Origin: an uncultured Acidobacteriaceae bacterium
GTDB lineage: Bacteria; Acidobacteriota; Terriglobia; Terriglobales; Acidobacteriaceae
NCBI GenBank assembly: GCA_963724815.1
Contig: CAVRWS010000016.1
Coordinates: forward strand, 51,741 to 115,740
DNA: 64,000 bases
Direction: 5' to 3'
The translations under genes were made by a program, and so were the position numbers. Position 1 is the first letter of the stretch, and each line of letters begins with the position of its first letter. The notes beneath the pieces were generated by a model that did not search any database, was not told where the DNA came from, and saw nothing but the letters and a program-made list of their open reading frames with translations. Shown here one piece after another: positions 1-11,932 of the stretch.

Positions 1-39
1 AACTAATCTGAAAGTGAGGCGGATGCCCCAGCCTTGGCC

Positions 40-2112
40 TTACCAAACGCGGCAGGCATTCTCCGCCACCATCGGTTGTCCCGCCTTACAGCCCCACGCC
101 TTCTGAAACTCCGGCATGTTCTGCACCACCCCATTCACGCGGTATTTCCCCGGTGAATGAGGATCCGTCAGCACCCGCGCGCGAGCAATCTCCGGACGCC
201 GTTTCTCGCACCACACCCGCCCGAATCCCAAAAAGAACCGCTGCTCCGGCGTGTAGCCATCGATTGTCTGTGCTTCTTTTCCGTTCTTGTCGTCGGCAAT
301 CATCTGCTCCAGCGCCATCAGCGCGATGCGCGCGCCTCCGTTGTCGGCAGTATTCTCGCCGAGGGTGAGCCGTCCATTCAGCTTCAAATCGTCAACCGCA
401 ACAAAGTTCGAGTACTCATTGGCCACGCAACTTACACGCTGTTCAAACTCTTTTCCATCCTGCGCCGTCCACCAGTCGTGCAAGTTGCCGTGGGGATCGA
501 ATTTGCGCCCCTGGTCGTCGAACCCATGCGTGAGCTCATGCCCAATGACCAGCCCAATGCCGCCGAAGTTCACCGCGTCATCCACGTTCTTGTCAAAAAA
601 TGGCGGCTGCAGAATGCCCGCCGGAAAAACAATCTCGTTGAACGACCCGCTGTAATATGCGTTCACCGTGGGCGGAGTCATACCCCACTCCTTGCGATCC
701 AGCGGCTTGTCGATTTTATTAATCTGCCGCTTCGCTTCGAATTCATCCGCGCGTTCGATGTTGCCCATCAGATCATTCGGCTTGATTACGACGGAACTGT
801 AATCGCGGTAAACGTCCGGATAGCCAATCTTGTTGCGAATTGCATCCAGCTTCACCTTGGCTTCTTTCTTGGTTTCGTCGCTCATCCAGGAAAGATCCTG
901 AATGTCGCTGGTCAAAGATTTCTCCAGCGCATCCACCATCTTTAGCATGCGCTGCTTTCCGTCCGGACCAAACGTCACATCCACATATCTCTCTCCGAGC
1001 GCCTCGCCCAGTTCACGATCGGTGAGGTTGACGCAGCGCTTCCAGCGCGCCTGAATCTGCTCTTGGCCGGTGAGCTTTTGCTGAAGTTTGAAGTTGGCGT
1101 CCACAAACGGCTGCGAAAGCCACGGAGCCGCTGCGTTCAGCACATGCCAGCTCACATAGGTCTTCAAAGCATCCAGAGACTCAGCCTCAAGCACTCCATT
1201 CACCAACTTGAAGAACTCTGGATTCGTAACATTCATCTCCGTGAAGTTCGGCGCGCCCACAGCCGTGAAGTAACGATTCAAATAGAAGTCAGGTCCGAGC
1301 GCTGCCGCTTCCTCTCGCGTCATCTTATGATCGCGGTTCTTCGGATCCCGACGCTTGGTCCGGTCCATCGAATCCACGGCCAGCATGGTTTCGATCACCA
1401 GCACGGTCTGCGCGGAGTGCGCTGCCTGCAGCGGAGTTTGCCCCGCAAGAGTGAACAACTGGGTGGCGTAGTCGACCATGAACTGCCGCTTCTCCACTTT
1501 GTCCGGATCGTCCTTGATGTAGTAATCGCGATCCGGCAACGTGAGACCACCCTGGTCGATGTAGGCGATCACCTGATCGGCATTATGCAGATCGGGCGCT
1601 GAATAAAAATTGAACAGCGGACTCGGCCCAGTCAGGTGCACATGCGCGACCTCATCGATGAGCGCGCCTTTATCTTTCACCGCGGCAATGCGTTCCAGTT
1701 CCGCCTTGACCGGCGCTATACCCTTCGCGTCCACGGCTTTCTCATCCAGGCACGATCCGTAGAGATCGCCAATTCTCTGGTCAATGCCATTTCGGCTTGC
1801 TCCGCCCGCGGCGGCCTTCTCCAAAATTCCGTGCAGAATATCGAGATTGCGCTCGTGCAGTTCTACGAAGCTTCCCCACTGCGCCTGATCCGCCGGAATC
1901 TGCGAATTCTTGATCCAGTTGCCACAAGCGTACTGGTAAAAGTCCACACAGGGGTCGATTGTTTTGTCGATAGTATCCAGGCTAAACCCCGGAGCCGGCC
2001 TGGCGGACGGGGAAGTTTGCGCGAAGCAAGCGAGAGTCGAGAGAACAATCAGAAGCAGAAAGAAACGGAACATGCGCATCGCGTGAATTCTCCTTTGCGG
2101 AACGGTTGACAT
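40..2112 (-). CDS. M13-family zinc metalloendopeptidase (PepO/neprilysin-like), secreted
   Basis: 690-aa ORF with N-terminal signal peptide (LLLIVLSTLACFAQ), HExxH motif VIGHELTHGFD and downstream GENTADNGG motif typical of M13 peptidases. Confidence 0.9.
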   Translation of the reverse strand: MSTVPQRRIHAMRMFRFFLLLIVLSTLACFAQTSPSARPAPGFSLDTIDKTIDPCVDFYQYACGNWIKNSQIPADQAQWGSFVELHERNLDILHGILEKAAAGGASRNGIDQRIGDLYGSCLDEKAVDAKGIAPVKAELERIAAVKDKGALIDEVAHVHLTGPSPLFNFYSAPDLHNADQVIAYIDQGGLTLPDRDYYIKDDPDKVEKRQFMVDYATQLFTLAGQTPLQAAHSAQTVLVIETMLAVDSMDRTKRRDPKNRDHKMTREEAAALGPDFYLNRYFTAVGAPNFTEMNVTNPEFFKLVNGVLEAESLDALKTYVSWHVLNAAAPWLSQPFVDANFKLQQKLTGQEQIQARWKRCVNLTDRELGEALGERYVDVTFGPDGKQRMLKMVDALEKSLTSDIQDLSWMSDETKKEAKVKLDAIRNKIGYPDVYRDYSSVVIKPNDLMGNIERADEFEAKRQINKIDKPLDRKEWGMTPPTVNAYYSGSFNEIVFPAGILQPPFFDKNVDDAVNFGGIGLVIGHELTHGFDDQGRKFDPHGNLHDWWTAQDGKEFEQRVSCVANEYSNFVAVDDLKLNGRLTLGENTADNGGARIALMALEQMIADDKNGKEAQTIDGYTPEQRFFLGFGRVWCEKRRPEIARARVLTDPHSPGKYRVNGVVQNMPEFQKAWGCKAGQPMVAENACRVW

Positions 2113-2268
2113 ACTAAGCCTCGCGGTTCTCGCTGGGCAAGGACGACGCAGGGCGGGTTAGCGAGTCATGTGCATGAACCATCTTTCGACGGTTGTTCTT
2201 CATTGCAGCAATCTCGGGCTCCGTCCGAGTATAATCGGGACCTGGACACTCCCATAAGGCTGGCCTAA

Positions 2269-3729
<1,461 letters not shown>

Positions 3730-4026
3730 GCGCTCTTGAGGACCGCGATCCCGAGGCATGCACGAGGTCTCAAGTGAAGGCACTCGCCTTATTATTTGGC
3801 GCGGTTCTTTTGAGATTCTTGTTCGTCTCTCCATTCATGCTTTTGTTCTGGTGGATCCGCCGCTCCACAAAGAAGCTCCGTCCGCGCGATAACGGTAATT
3901 CCGCGGAGTTCTCACTTGCTCCCCGGATGCATGTTCTTATCGAGATAGTCACCGTGTCGCTGGTGGCCTTCACCGCTCTGATCGTGTTGAGAGGCGGTCC
4001 GTACGGGGGAGGGACTGTATGCGGCG

Positions 4027-4305
4027 TTGATCCCTGTCTCGGTGCTGGTCGCAATTCTTCTTGCCGAACCCAGAACTGTCCTGATCAACCATGAAGGCAT
4101 TCGCCAGCACCGCCGGCTTCGCGGAGATCGCATCATCGCATGGAATGAGGTCGCCTGGATGGGGAGGGGCCGCAATACCGGGACTACCTACGTCAAGAGC
4201 CGAAACGGAGGTCGACCGGTGTCGTTTTCGCCGCTGCTGGTTGGCCAGTCGCGCTTTGAGCGAGAGGTCCGGAAGCATGCTCGCGACCTCGCGCTGGACG
4301 AATAA
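4027..4305 (+). CDS. hypothetical small membrane-anchored protein; may be the 3' part of a split gene starting near 3774
   Basis: 92-aa ORF (TTG start) with one hydrophobic helix (IPVSVLVAILLA) then a soluble domain. The upstream frame (GTG 3774 to 4094) encodes 2-3 further TM helices and overlaps it, suggesting a frame break around 3990-4027. Confidence 0.3.
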   Translation: MIPVSVLVAILLAEPRTVLINHEGIRQHRRLRGDRIIAWNEVAWMGRGRNTGTTYVKSRNGGRPVSFSPLLVGQSRFEREVRKHARDLALDE

Positions 4306-4405
4306 TTCCCAGGGGTGTCCAGCGCTTGCAGGAAATCCTCGCCGAGCGGCAGCGGAAGCAAGCCCCTGCGCAGTCCTCTCCGAACTCGCAGTGACCAACC
4401 CAGAC

Positions 4406-4918
4406 TTACTCTTGTCGCTGGAGCAAACGGTTCCGGGAAGATCGCGCTGAGCCGAATCGACTGGAGAAAAGCTTATGGCTCTGCTTGCTGAATTGTGAAT
4501 CGAGTCCCGGAGTTGACTTGTTGTTCCTTGTGCTGCCACCGAGCGTGATAATTCCAAGCGAGCATCCCAGGATTTCCAGCGCGAGCAGGATGAAGACACT
4601 CACGTTAAAGATGGCAGTCCAATCTCCGCTCGCCACCATAAAAACGTTGTTTTGAGAGGCGTGCAGGAAGTGCTCATAAAGATCGGCACTCATTGCGGCC
4701 AAAAAGAAAATTACCGAGACAAACCCGGCAACTTTCTCGCTGAGCTTCCACAAGAGAATTGATACGACCGCGTGCCCTGACGTTATCAAAATTATGGCTA
4801 CCCAACTGACGTGGTTGTTCGGCGCTGGAAGAACCTTGGCCGCAAGGAACAGGTGCCAGATAGCGACCATCCAGTGTGCGGCGACAACCAGGAGGGCGAG
4901 CGTCCGTGCTTTCGTCAT
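4406..4918 (-). CDS. hypothetical integral membrane protein
   Basis: 170-aa ORF with about four hydrophobic helices. No family recognised. Confidence 0.5.
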   Translation of the reverse strand: MTKARTLALLVVAAHWMVAIWHLFLAAKVLPAPNNHVSWVAIILITSGHAVVSILLWKLSEKVAGFVSVIFFLAAMSADLYEHFLHASQNNVFMVASGDWTAIFNVSVFILLALEILGCSLGIITLGGSTRNNKSTPGLDSQFSKQSHKLFSSRFGSARSSRNRLLQRQE

Positions 4919-5018
4919 AGGCTGATGCCTTTATCCCCCGGCGGTTGGTTGGCCGGTCTTCGGGAATTATATTACCCGAGTGGCTGTCCAGTCGTGGGTG
5001 GGATCCCCTCGAGAGGCG

Positions 5019-5056
5019 GGTGCCCCATTTCTCGCACCCTTTGCGAGAGCGGGGAT
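5019..5056. repeat. P-family palindromic element, copy 1 (GGTGCCCCAYTTCTCGC-loop-GCGAGARGTGGGGA)
   Basis: ggtgccccatttctcgcaccctttgcgagagcggggat. Near-identical copies at 40544, 44624 and 48766. Lies 3' of the MarC-family gene. Confidence 0.85.
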
Positions 5057-5079
5057 CGCCGCAAGATGTTTAGCGCTGG

Positions 5080-5727
5080 TTAGCTCTTAAAATCAGCCAC
5101 GCCATCCCAAACAAGCTGCACCGCAATCGCCAAAATCAAAAACCCGAAAATTTTATTGATCGCTCCCACCGCGTTAGGCCCCAGCCACCGTACCAGCGGT
5201 CCGCCCATGCAGAAAAATAGGAAAACCGTTAACGCAATTGCGGCGATCCCAATCACCATCCCCAGATACGACATGGAACTATCCACGTGCGCTGCCAGCG
5301 CCATGACCACGCCAATTGCGCCCGGACCCGACATCAGCGGCATGGCCAGCGGTGTCAGAGAAATATCTTGCTTATCCTCCGCCTCGTGAGTTTCTTCCGG
5401 CGTGATGCGCGCATGCGACGTCACCATGCCCCAAGCCGTATTGGCCACAATCAATCCTCCGGCTATCTTTAACACGGGAAGAGAAATGCCGAAAAAAAGC
5501 AGCACGAAACGACCCACAAAAAGAAACGTCACCAGAATGACAAAGACCCAGATGCCCGTCTTTAGTGCCGTCCGGTTCCGTTCTTTCGCAGTCCACGAGG
5601 AAGTCATGCTAAAGAAAATCGGAACGCCCCCAAAAGGATCGACAATCGGGAACAGCGCCAGAAAAGTGGCCGCCGCCGAGTGCGGCAGCGTGCGCAGGAA
5701 TTGTCCGAGTGCGTGGGTAGCGTCCAT
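5080..5727 (-). CDS. MarC-family (UPF0056) integral membrane protein
   Basis: ORF 5080..5835. Likely start is the internal ATG at 5727 (MDATHALGQFL). FLALFPIVDPFGGVPIF motif and six TM helices typical of the MarC family. Start lies 4 nt after the upstream gene's stop. Confidence 0.85.
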   Translation of the reverse strand: MDATHALGQFLRTLPHSAAATFLALFPIVDPFGGVPIFFSMTSSWTAKERNRTALKTGIWVFVILVTFLFVGRFVLLFFGISLPVLKIAGGLIVANTAWGMVTSHARITPEETHEAEDKQDISLTPLAMPLMSGPGAIGVVMALAAHVDSSMSYLGMVIGIAAIALTVFLFFCMGGPLVRWLGPNAVGAINKIFGFLILAIAVQLVWDGVADFKS

Positions 5728-5731
5728 AGGC

Positions 5732-7901
5732 CTATCGGTAGCTCTCCAGTGCCTTGGCTGCCCGCTCCAGCGCCGCGGCCAAAACAGCCATTTGTTGCCG
5801 CGCCCGGTCAACGTCCCTTTTATCCAACGCTTCATTCACTCCAGGAATTACCACCGCCGCATATCCCGTATATTCCCCCGGCGCGTAGATCGCATGCCGA
5901 TACCAGGGACGGTGCGGCAGTCCCTCCGGCACCAGCAACGCCCGCTCGGCGCCAAGCAGCGCATGATTCAATCTGGCTGCATCTCGCGGCGGATTTCTCT
6001 GCTTCGAAAGAATTTTCGCGCCCGCATCCTGAAAATGTTTTGCCGCCGTTGTAACTGCGCTGAAATCGAGAACATGATTCCCAAACTTGTTCTCCGCACG
6101 TTTCGCCGCGGCGTCCGCATAAGCGACAACCTCCTTGCCGTATTCCTCGTAGTCGTAAGGCAGTACATCCGCGTCGGCCATGCGCAAAGCCTCCAGCCCG
6201 AAAATTCTCGCCATTTCCTGTTCGTAAAGGAAATCCGGATCGCCGAACTTTTTGAACCAGGCGAAATCGTCGAACGTCGAATGGTACACACCGTAAGGCC
6301 CGCTTGAGCCAATATCGGTAGAAGGCACACCCAGGTGCTGCTGGAACGCGCTGTAGTCGGAACCACTGCCCAAATCTCCCACCGGGACGTCGGCCTTGGC
6401 CGATGCCGCAGGCATGCGGCGCCCGTCGCCAATTGCCTCCGTCGGCGATTGCGTCAATAGGAGCGCCGGTCTGATCCACCCTCTGCCATGCCTCGTAAAC
6501 CGTGCCGCCCTTCGGACTTGGCACCGCCTTGGTCAAGTCTCGCAGGAACTGTTTCAAACTCGGCACCGCTGAGGCGCCAAACTTCGGCCCGGAAACCGCC
6601 ACGTCCACATTAAAATAAGCCGGCGCATTCACCAGTTCGGTTTCATGCTGCTCCGCCCATTCAGTGGAACCCATCAGGCCTTCTTCTTCACCATCCCAAC
6701 TGGCAAAAATCATGGTGCGCTTCGGCTTCCATCCAGACTTCAGCAACTCGCCGACTCCATGTACTGCTTCGAGCATCGCAGCCGTGCCGCTGTTTGGATC
6801 CACCGCCCCATAAACCCATGCGTCACGATGGTTCCCCGCAACTACCCACTCGTCCGGCGATTCGCTGCCGCGCACTCGACCAATCACATCCCACAAAGTG
6901 CGAAATTGATAATCCTGCTTCAGATGCATTTTTACCCGCACCGGCCCCGGCCCCACGTGATAGGTGAAAGGCAAAGCGCCCTGCCATTCCCGCGGCGAAT
7001 CGGGCCCTCCCAGATGCTGCAGAATGGGCCACGCATCGTGATAAGAAAGCGGCGTAACCGGAACCTTCGGCATCTGCGCCGACTGCTCGGGAGAAATGCG
7101 TTTGCTTTCCGGCAATGAAGGCACTGAGGCAATTCCCGGTGTCGTCGGATCGCCAGGAAATTCGAACATGTATCCTACCGACCCGCGCTGCACCCCAGTA
7201 TCGGGCCGCCACGGCCCCTCGGGATATTTATCCCCGCGCCGCCAGCCATCGTCGAACGGATCGGAATAAATAATCACTCCCGCCGCGCCGTGCTCCTGCG
7301 CAATAAATTCCTTTACCCCGCGAAAATTCTGCCCGTAACGCACAATCACAATTTTTCCGCGCACATCGATCTTCAACTTCTCCAGCTTCTCAAAATCTTC
7401 CGGCGTGCCGTAGTTCGCATAGACCACATCCGCCTCGGCATCTCCGGAAGGCGACATTCCGTTGAAAGGCATCACCACCCGTGGATCGTTGTCGTATGGA
7501 TCGCCCTCGACATGCTCGCGCGTAGGCCCATGCATTTCCACTCCAGCGGGCGCCGTGATGTCCACGCTGATTTCCTGCGGATAATTCATCCAGACTTTGT
7601 ATTCGACAATCTCAGTCTCGAGTCCGGCGTCTCGAAATTTCTGCGCGACATAATCGGCGGTCGCTTTGTCCTCGGGCGTGCCCGCCATATGTGGCGCCTG
7701 CGTTAACACACGCAAATGCTCTTCCGCCAGCTTGGGGTCAGGCACAGCAAGAAAGCGAGCCTCGGCACCGTTTTCGGCAGCCGCGTCGCGAAAGCCGAAG
7801 ATGGATTGAGCGGCCGAAGCAGGCGCAGTGCCGCTGACTGTTATTGGAAAACTTGAAAGCATTACGACTGCGGTAAGAAGTGACGCGGACAATGGTCTCA
7901 T
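5732..7901 (-). pseudogene. M28B peptidase, glutamate carboxypeptidase II-like (PA + M28 + TfR-like dimerisation domains); frame broken near 6437-6455
   Basis: Two overlapping ORFs (5832..7901 and 5732..6457) in different frames together give a full GCPII-like protein: HRDAWVYGAVDPNSG, FASWDGEEEGLMGSTEW, LGSGSDYSAF, YHSTFD. The protein-like sequence switches frame between APIDAIADGG and GDGRRMPAAS. Confidence 0.85.
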
Positions 7902-8004
7902 GGGCTCTCGCGGTCAAAGTAAGTAAGGTAGCACAGCGCAACCTTCCGGTTGCTCCCAGCGTGTTTCGCGGCTCGCTCTGCTCTTCAGCGGTACGACACC
8001 AATA

Positions 8005-8052
8005 TCACCTTATTCACCATCATCACCATTTTCACCAATTAAATGGTATAAT
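8005..8052 (+). promoter_or_regulatory. candidate vapBC operator/promoter: four TCACC boxes at exact 9-nt spacing plus extended -10 TGGTATAAT
   Basis: TCACC at 8005, 8014, 8023 and 8032. TGG-TATAAT at 8044-8052. The vapB ATG (8059) is only 6 nt after the -10, implying a leaderless transcript. Confidence 0.4.
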
Positions 8053-8058
8053 ACGCAT

Positions 8059-8301
8059 ATGAAACGAGCTACCATGACCCTGCCGGACGACCTGGCGGAA
8101 GCCGTAAAAAACTATCTGCGCGCTCAAGAGGCTCCGCCTGCTCTCACGACCGTGGTTCAAGCCGCCTTGCGAGAGTACTTGGGAGAGCGGGGATTTCTCC
8201 GTAAGCACAAGTCGTTGAAAATCAGGCCAGCCAAGCATGGTAGCGGGCGCAGCGACATAAGTGAGAATCATGACATGTACTTGGCGGGCATCAAGAAGTG
8301 A
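8059..8301 (+). CDS. vapB: ribbon-helix-helix (CopG/VapB-type) antitoxin
   Basis: 80-aa ORF with N-terminal RHH-like MTLPDDLAEAVKNYL. Overlaps the downstream PIN gene by 4 nt. Confidence 0.8.
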   Translation: MKRATMTLPDDLAEAVKNYLRAQEAPPALTTVVQAALREYLGERGFLRKHKSLKIRPAKHGSGRSDISENHDMYLAGIKK

Positions 8302-8696
8302 CGCGCGCCGTGCTGGCGGATACCGGGCCGCTCTACGCGGCTGTTGACCCGCACGATGCGCACCACAAGCGAGCCCTCGCGGACCTGCAAAAGTTGGATC
8401 GGGAGAAACGGGAGGTGGTGGTGCCTTACCCGGTCCTGTTCGAGGCCTACACTATGGTCCTGCACCGCCTCCGCAGGAATGCCGCGACGGATTGGCTCAC
8501 CGACATGGCCAATGCGGCTCTGGTCAATCCCACGTCGGAGGACTACCGGAAGGCTCTAGCCATAATTGGAGCGCTCTCTGACCAGCCCCTCACGTTATTT
8601 GACGCGACTGTTGCTGCATTAGCCGCGCGGCTCAATTTAGAGGTTTGGACATACGATCATCACTTTGACGTGATGCGCGTCGGGATATGGCGGTGA
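8298..8696 (+). CDS. vapC: PIN-domain toxin VapC
   Basis: 132-aa ORF (GTG start) with the acidic PIN residues in LADTGPL, LFEAY, LFDAT and TYDHHFD. Confidence 0.85.
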   Translation: MTRAVLADTGPLYAAVDPHDAHHKRALADLQKLDREKREVVVPYPVLFEAYTMVLHRLRRNAATDWLTDMANAALVNPTSEDYRKALAIIGALSDQPLTLFDATVAALAARLNLEVWTYDHHFDVMRVGIWR

Positions 8697-8714
8697 GGCT
8701 AGTTACAGCTGGCC

Positions 8715-8945
8715 CTACTTTACAGCGCGTCGAAATTCCCAGATGAAGCCAGCCGCAAATATCAGGGCAGCGAAAACCCAGGGCACTGGCCTATTTAGTG
8801 AAACGGGATCCCATCCGATTGCGCCATCTCCTATAGATTTCGAAGCAAAATACATGTACAGACCTAACGCGAGTATAGATAGAATTCCGGCCACTAGGAC
8901 AGCGGCAATTCCAGCTGTCAGACTCTTGATGTAAATCATTCGCAT
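8715..8945 (-). CDS. hypothetical small two-TM membrane protein
   Basis: 76-aa ORF with two hydrophobic helices. No family recognised. Confidence 0.4.
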   Translation of the reverse strand: MRMIYIKSLTAGIAAVLVAGILSILALGLYMYFASKSIGDGAIGWDPVSLNRPVPWVFAALIFAAGFIWEFRRAVK

Positions 8946-8952
8946 TCGCTTC

Positions 8953-10209
8953 CTACCGCACCTGCCCCGTCCCCACGATCTCGTACTTCGAAGAAGTCAA
9001 TTCCGCTAGCGCGAAAGGCCCGCGGCAGTGCAGCTTCTGCGTGCTGATGCCCATCTCCGCGCCGAAGCCGAACTCCGCGCCGTCGGTAAAACGGGTCGAA
9101 GCATTCCAGTAAACAGCCGCCGAATCCACACTGCGCAGGAACTTGCGAGCATTCGCCTCATCACGGGTCACGATCGAATCCGAGTGTTTTGTGGAATAGC
9201 GATTAATATGGTCGATCGCCTCCTCGACATTCTCCACCACCCTGACTCCTATACAGAGCCGCAGATATTCTTCATACCAGTCTTCTTCTGTAGCCGGAGC
9301 AATCTTCAGTCCCGCAGCCAGACTGCGTGACTTCTCATCCCCGCGCACCTCAACTCCTGCATCAAGCAGCTTTTTCACGATGCGCGGAACATATCCCATG
9401 GCAATCTTTTCATGAACCAGCAATTTCTCCGCCGCATTGCAAACCGACGGACGCGACGTCTTGGCATTGATCACAATCCGATCCGCCATATCAAAATCGG
9501 CCGATTCATCCACAAAAATGTGGCAGTTCCCCGCTCCCGTCTCAATCACCGGCACCGAAGAATTTTCGCTGACAAATGCAATCAGCCCAGCACCACCTCT
9601 AGGAATAATCACATCTACCAATCCCCGCACCTTGATCAGCTCCTGCACCGATTCCCGCGTGCTCGAATCCAGCAGTTCGATCGCACCCTCGGGCACTCCT
9701 GGCACTGATGCAAGAATTTCCACCAGCCGCTGATTGCTCCTCGCTGCCTCTTTCCCTCCGCGCAAAACAATCGCATTGCCAGTTTTCAACGCGAGCACAG
9801 CCGTATCCACAGTAACGTTTGGCCGTGATTCGTAAATGATTCCCACCACCCCCAGCGGCACTCGAACCTTGCGAATCTGCAACCCGTTCGGACGCGTCCA
9901 CTCCGCCAGCGTCTCCCCAACCGGATCGCGTAGCGCCGCTACATCACGCACTCCCTGCGCCATCTCCTTGATCCGCTCCGTCGTCAGCAGCAGCCGGTCG
10001 CTCATGGCGCCATGGAGTCCCGAACTTTCTACGTCGGCCCGATTCGCCGCCAAAATGCTCTCCATGTTCGCTTCAATGGCGTCCGCCATTGCAAGCAACA
10101 ATGCATTCTTCTCGCTGCTGGAAAACAGCGCCAGCTTGCTCGAAGCGGCTCTCGCACGCAGGAGTTTTTCCTGCGTGGAAGCCGCGCTTGTAATGCCAAT
10201 CGTCATCAT
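8953..10209 (-). CDS. proA: gamma-glutamyl phosphate reductase
   Basis: 418-aa ORF, ProA-like over its full length (ALDH fold, VCNAAEKLLVH catalytic Cys region). Overlaps proB by 4 nt. Confidence 0.95.
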   Translation of the reverse strand: MMTIGITSAASTQEKLLRARAASSKLALFSSSEKNALLLAMADAIEANMESILAANRADVESSGLHGAMSDRLLLTTERIKEMAQGVRDVAALRDPVGETLAEWTRPNGLQIRKVRVPLGVVGIIYESRPNVTVDTAVLALKTGNAIVLRGGKEAARSNQRLVEILASVPGVPEGAIELLDSSTRESVQELIKVRGLVDVIIPRGGAGLIAFVSENSSVPVIETGAGNCHIFVDESADFDMADRIVINAKTSRPSVCNAAEKLLVHEKIAMGYVPRIVKKLLDAGVEVRGDEKSRSLAAGLKIAPATEEDWYEEYLRLCIGVRVVENVEEAIDHINRYSTKHSDSIVTRDEANARKFLRSVDSAAVYWNASTRFTDGAEFGFGAEMGISTQKLHCRGPFALAELTSSKYEIVGTGQVR

Positions 10210-10961
10210 CTTTTCCTCCGTGCCGGAGGAAAATAAGTTCCGGTTTTGCGTTCGATACCCAGCGCAATCGCCTGCGGATGCCGCCCATTCACAATCGCGA
10301 CATGTATGCCCGCTTCACTGGCCAGCTTCGCCGCACGCAATTTGGAAACCATGCCCCCGCGCCCCAGCGCGCTTTTACCGTCGCACTTTGCCTCCAGAGC
10401 CGGAGTCAGCTTTCGTACCACGCGCACGAGCCGCGGCTTTTTGCGTCCATTTGGCATCAGAAAGCCGTCAACATTCGTCAACAGCAAAAGCCAATCCGCC
10501 TTCACCGCCGTCGCCAGCAAGGAACTCAGCTCATCGTTGTCGCCAAAAGCGCCTTCCAGTTCGCGCACTGATACGCTGTCATTTTCATTCACGATAGGGA
10601 CAACGCCCAGCGCGAGCAACTCTCCCAGAGCATTCTGCAAATTGCGGTAGCGGGTCGGCGAAGTAAAGTCGTCGCTCGAAAGGAGAAGCTGCGCCACCAC
10701 CTTCTTGCCAAAAAAAAGCCGCTCGTAAGTGTGCATCAGTTTGCTCTGCCCCACCGCGGCACACGCCTGCATCCCGGGAACGTCGCTCGGCCGTTCGCTC
10801 AATCCCAGTCCCGACATCCCAGCCGCGATCGCGCCCGATGTCACGATCAGATATTCATTCTTATTGAGATCGAACTGGTCCACCATCGCCCGCAACACGT
10901 TCGCGTCGATCTGACCGTCTGGCGCGATCAGGCTGGTCCCCACTTTGATGACTATTCTCAT
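10206..10961 (-). CDS. proB: glutamate 5-kinase (short form without PUA domain)
   Basis: 251-aa ORF with amino-acid kinase fold (IVIKVGTSLI, VTSGAIAAG, GDNDELS). Translationally coupled to proA. Confidence 0.93.
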   Translation of the reverse strand: MRIVIKVGTSLIAPDGQIDANVLRAMVDQFDLNKNEYLIVTSGAIAAGMSGLGLSERPSDVPGMQACAAVGQSKLMHTYERLFFGKKVVAQLLLSSDDFTSPTRYRNLQNALGELLALGVVPIVNENDSVSVRELEGAFGDNDELSSLLATAVKADWLLLLTNVDGFLMPNGRKKPRLVRVVRKLTPALEAKCDGKSALGRGGMVSKLRAAKLASEAGIHVAIVNGRHPQAIALGIERKTGTYFPPARRKR

Positions 10962-11057
10962 GCGCTAGGAACTTTCATGGCTTGCTTGGAATGGTATCGC
11001 ACTTGAGGCCGCCACAGGACTCTCGTCAATTTGCGGCCACGCAATTAGAATAAATAT

Positions 11058-11852
11058 TTGGTCGCGCAAACTGCTCAGCTAAATCCCATGCCTGCTTCCA
11101 ACGCTACCAGCCGCTTTTCCGATCGTGTTGAGAACTATGTTCTATACCGTCCCGGCTATCCTGCGGAAGTCTTGCAGACCCTCAGGACCGAATGCAGTCT
11201 TTCGCCTGGTAGCGTCATTGCTGATGTCGCCTCAGGCACCGGCATCTGGACGCGCATGCTGATCGAGAACGGCAACCCAGTCTTCGGCGTCGAGCCGAAC
11301 CCCGAGATGCGAAGCGCGGGCGCACGCCTGCTGGCGGCGTTTCCAAAATTCACCAGCGTCGACGGTACAGCCGAGGCGACGACTCTTGCAGATGACAGCG
11401 TCGATGTCATCACCGCCGCGCAAGCTGCCCACTGGTTTAATCGCATATCTGCCCGGCGTGAATTCCTTCGCATCCTAAAGCCCGGTGGTTGGCTGGTTCT
11501 ACTGTGGAATGAGCGCCTGACGGATTCGTCGGAATTTCTTCGCAAGTACGAAAGGTTGCTGCTGACCTATGGCACTGACTATGAAGATGTTCGTCACGAA
11601 CGCACCACTGACTCCGTAAACGAATTCTTTGACCCTGCTGTTTATCGCGAGCGAGTCTTCGACATGCGCCAGGAATTTGATTACGCCGGCGTGGAAGGCC
11701 GTCTGCTCTCCTCGTCGTATGCGCCCGGGCCAGATCATCCTCGACACGCCCCCATGCTGCGCGAGTTGCGAGACATCTTCGAACAATGCGCAGTGGCAAA
11801 CCGAGTCGCCTTCGAGTACAAAACGCGAGTCTATTTCGGACAGCTGTTTTGA
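11058..11852 (+). CDS. class I SAM-dependent methyltransferase
   Basis: 264-aa ORF with SAM motif I VIADVASGTGIW and N-terminal YRPGYP motif. Confidence 0.85.
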   Translation: MVAQTAQLNPMPASNATSRFSDRVENYVLYRPGYPAEVLQTLRTECSLSPGSVIADVASGTGIWTRMLIENGNPVFGVEPNPEMRSAGARLLAAFPKFTSVDGTAEATTLADDSVDVITAAQAAHWFNRISARREFLRILKPGGWLVLLWNERLTDSSEFLRKYERLLLTYGTDYEDVRHERTTDSVNEFFDPAVYRERVFDMRQEFDYAGVEGRLLSSSYAPGPDHPRHAPMLRELRDIFEQCAVANRVAFEYKTRVYFGQLF

Positions 11853-11932
11853 ACGATTCTACTTCGTGTACCTTCGTGACCTTAGTGGTAAATCGATCGC
11901 AGTGAACAGTTCGGTGCTCCGAGGTTTAGCAA

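Noticed and set aside
7880-8062. ORF encoding a His-run peptide (LIHHHHHFHQ)
   Set aside because: It is a by-product of the phased TCACCAT operator-like repeats upstream of vapB. It overlaps the start of the M28 gene region and has no RBS.
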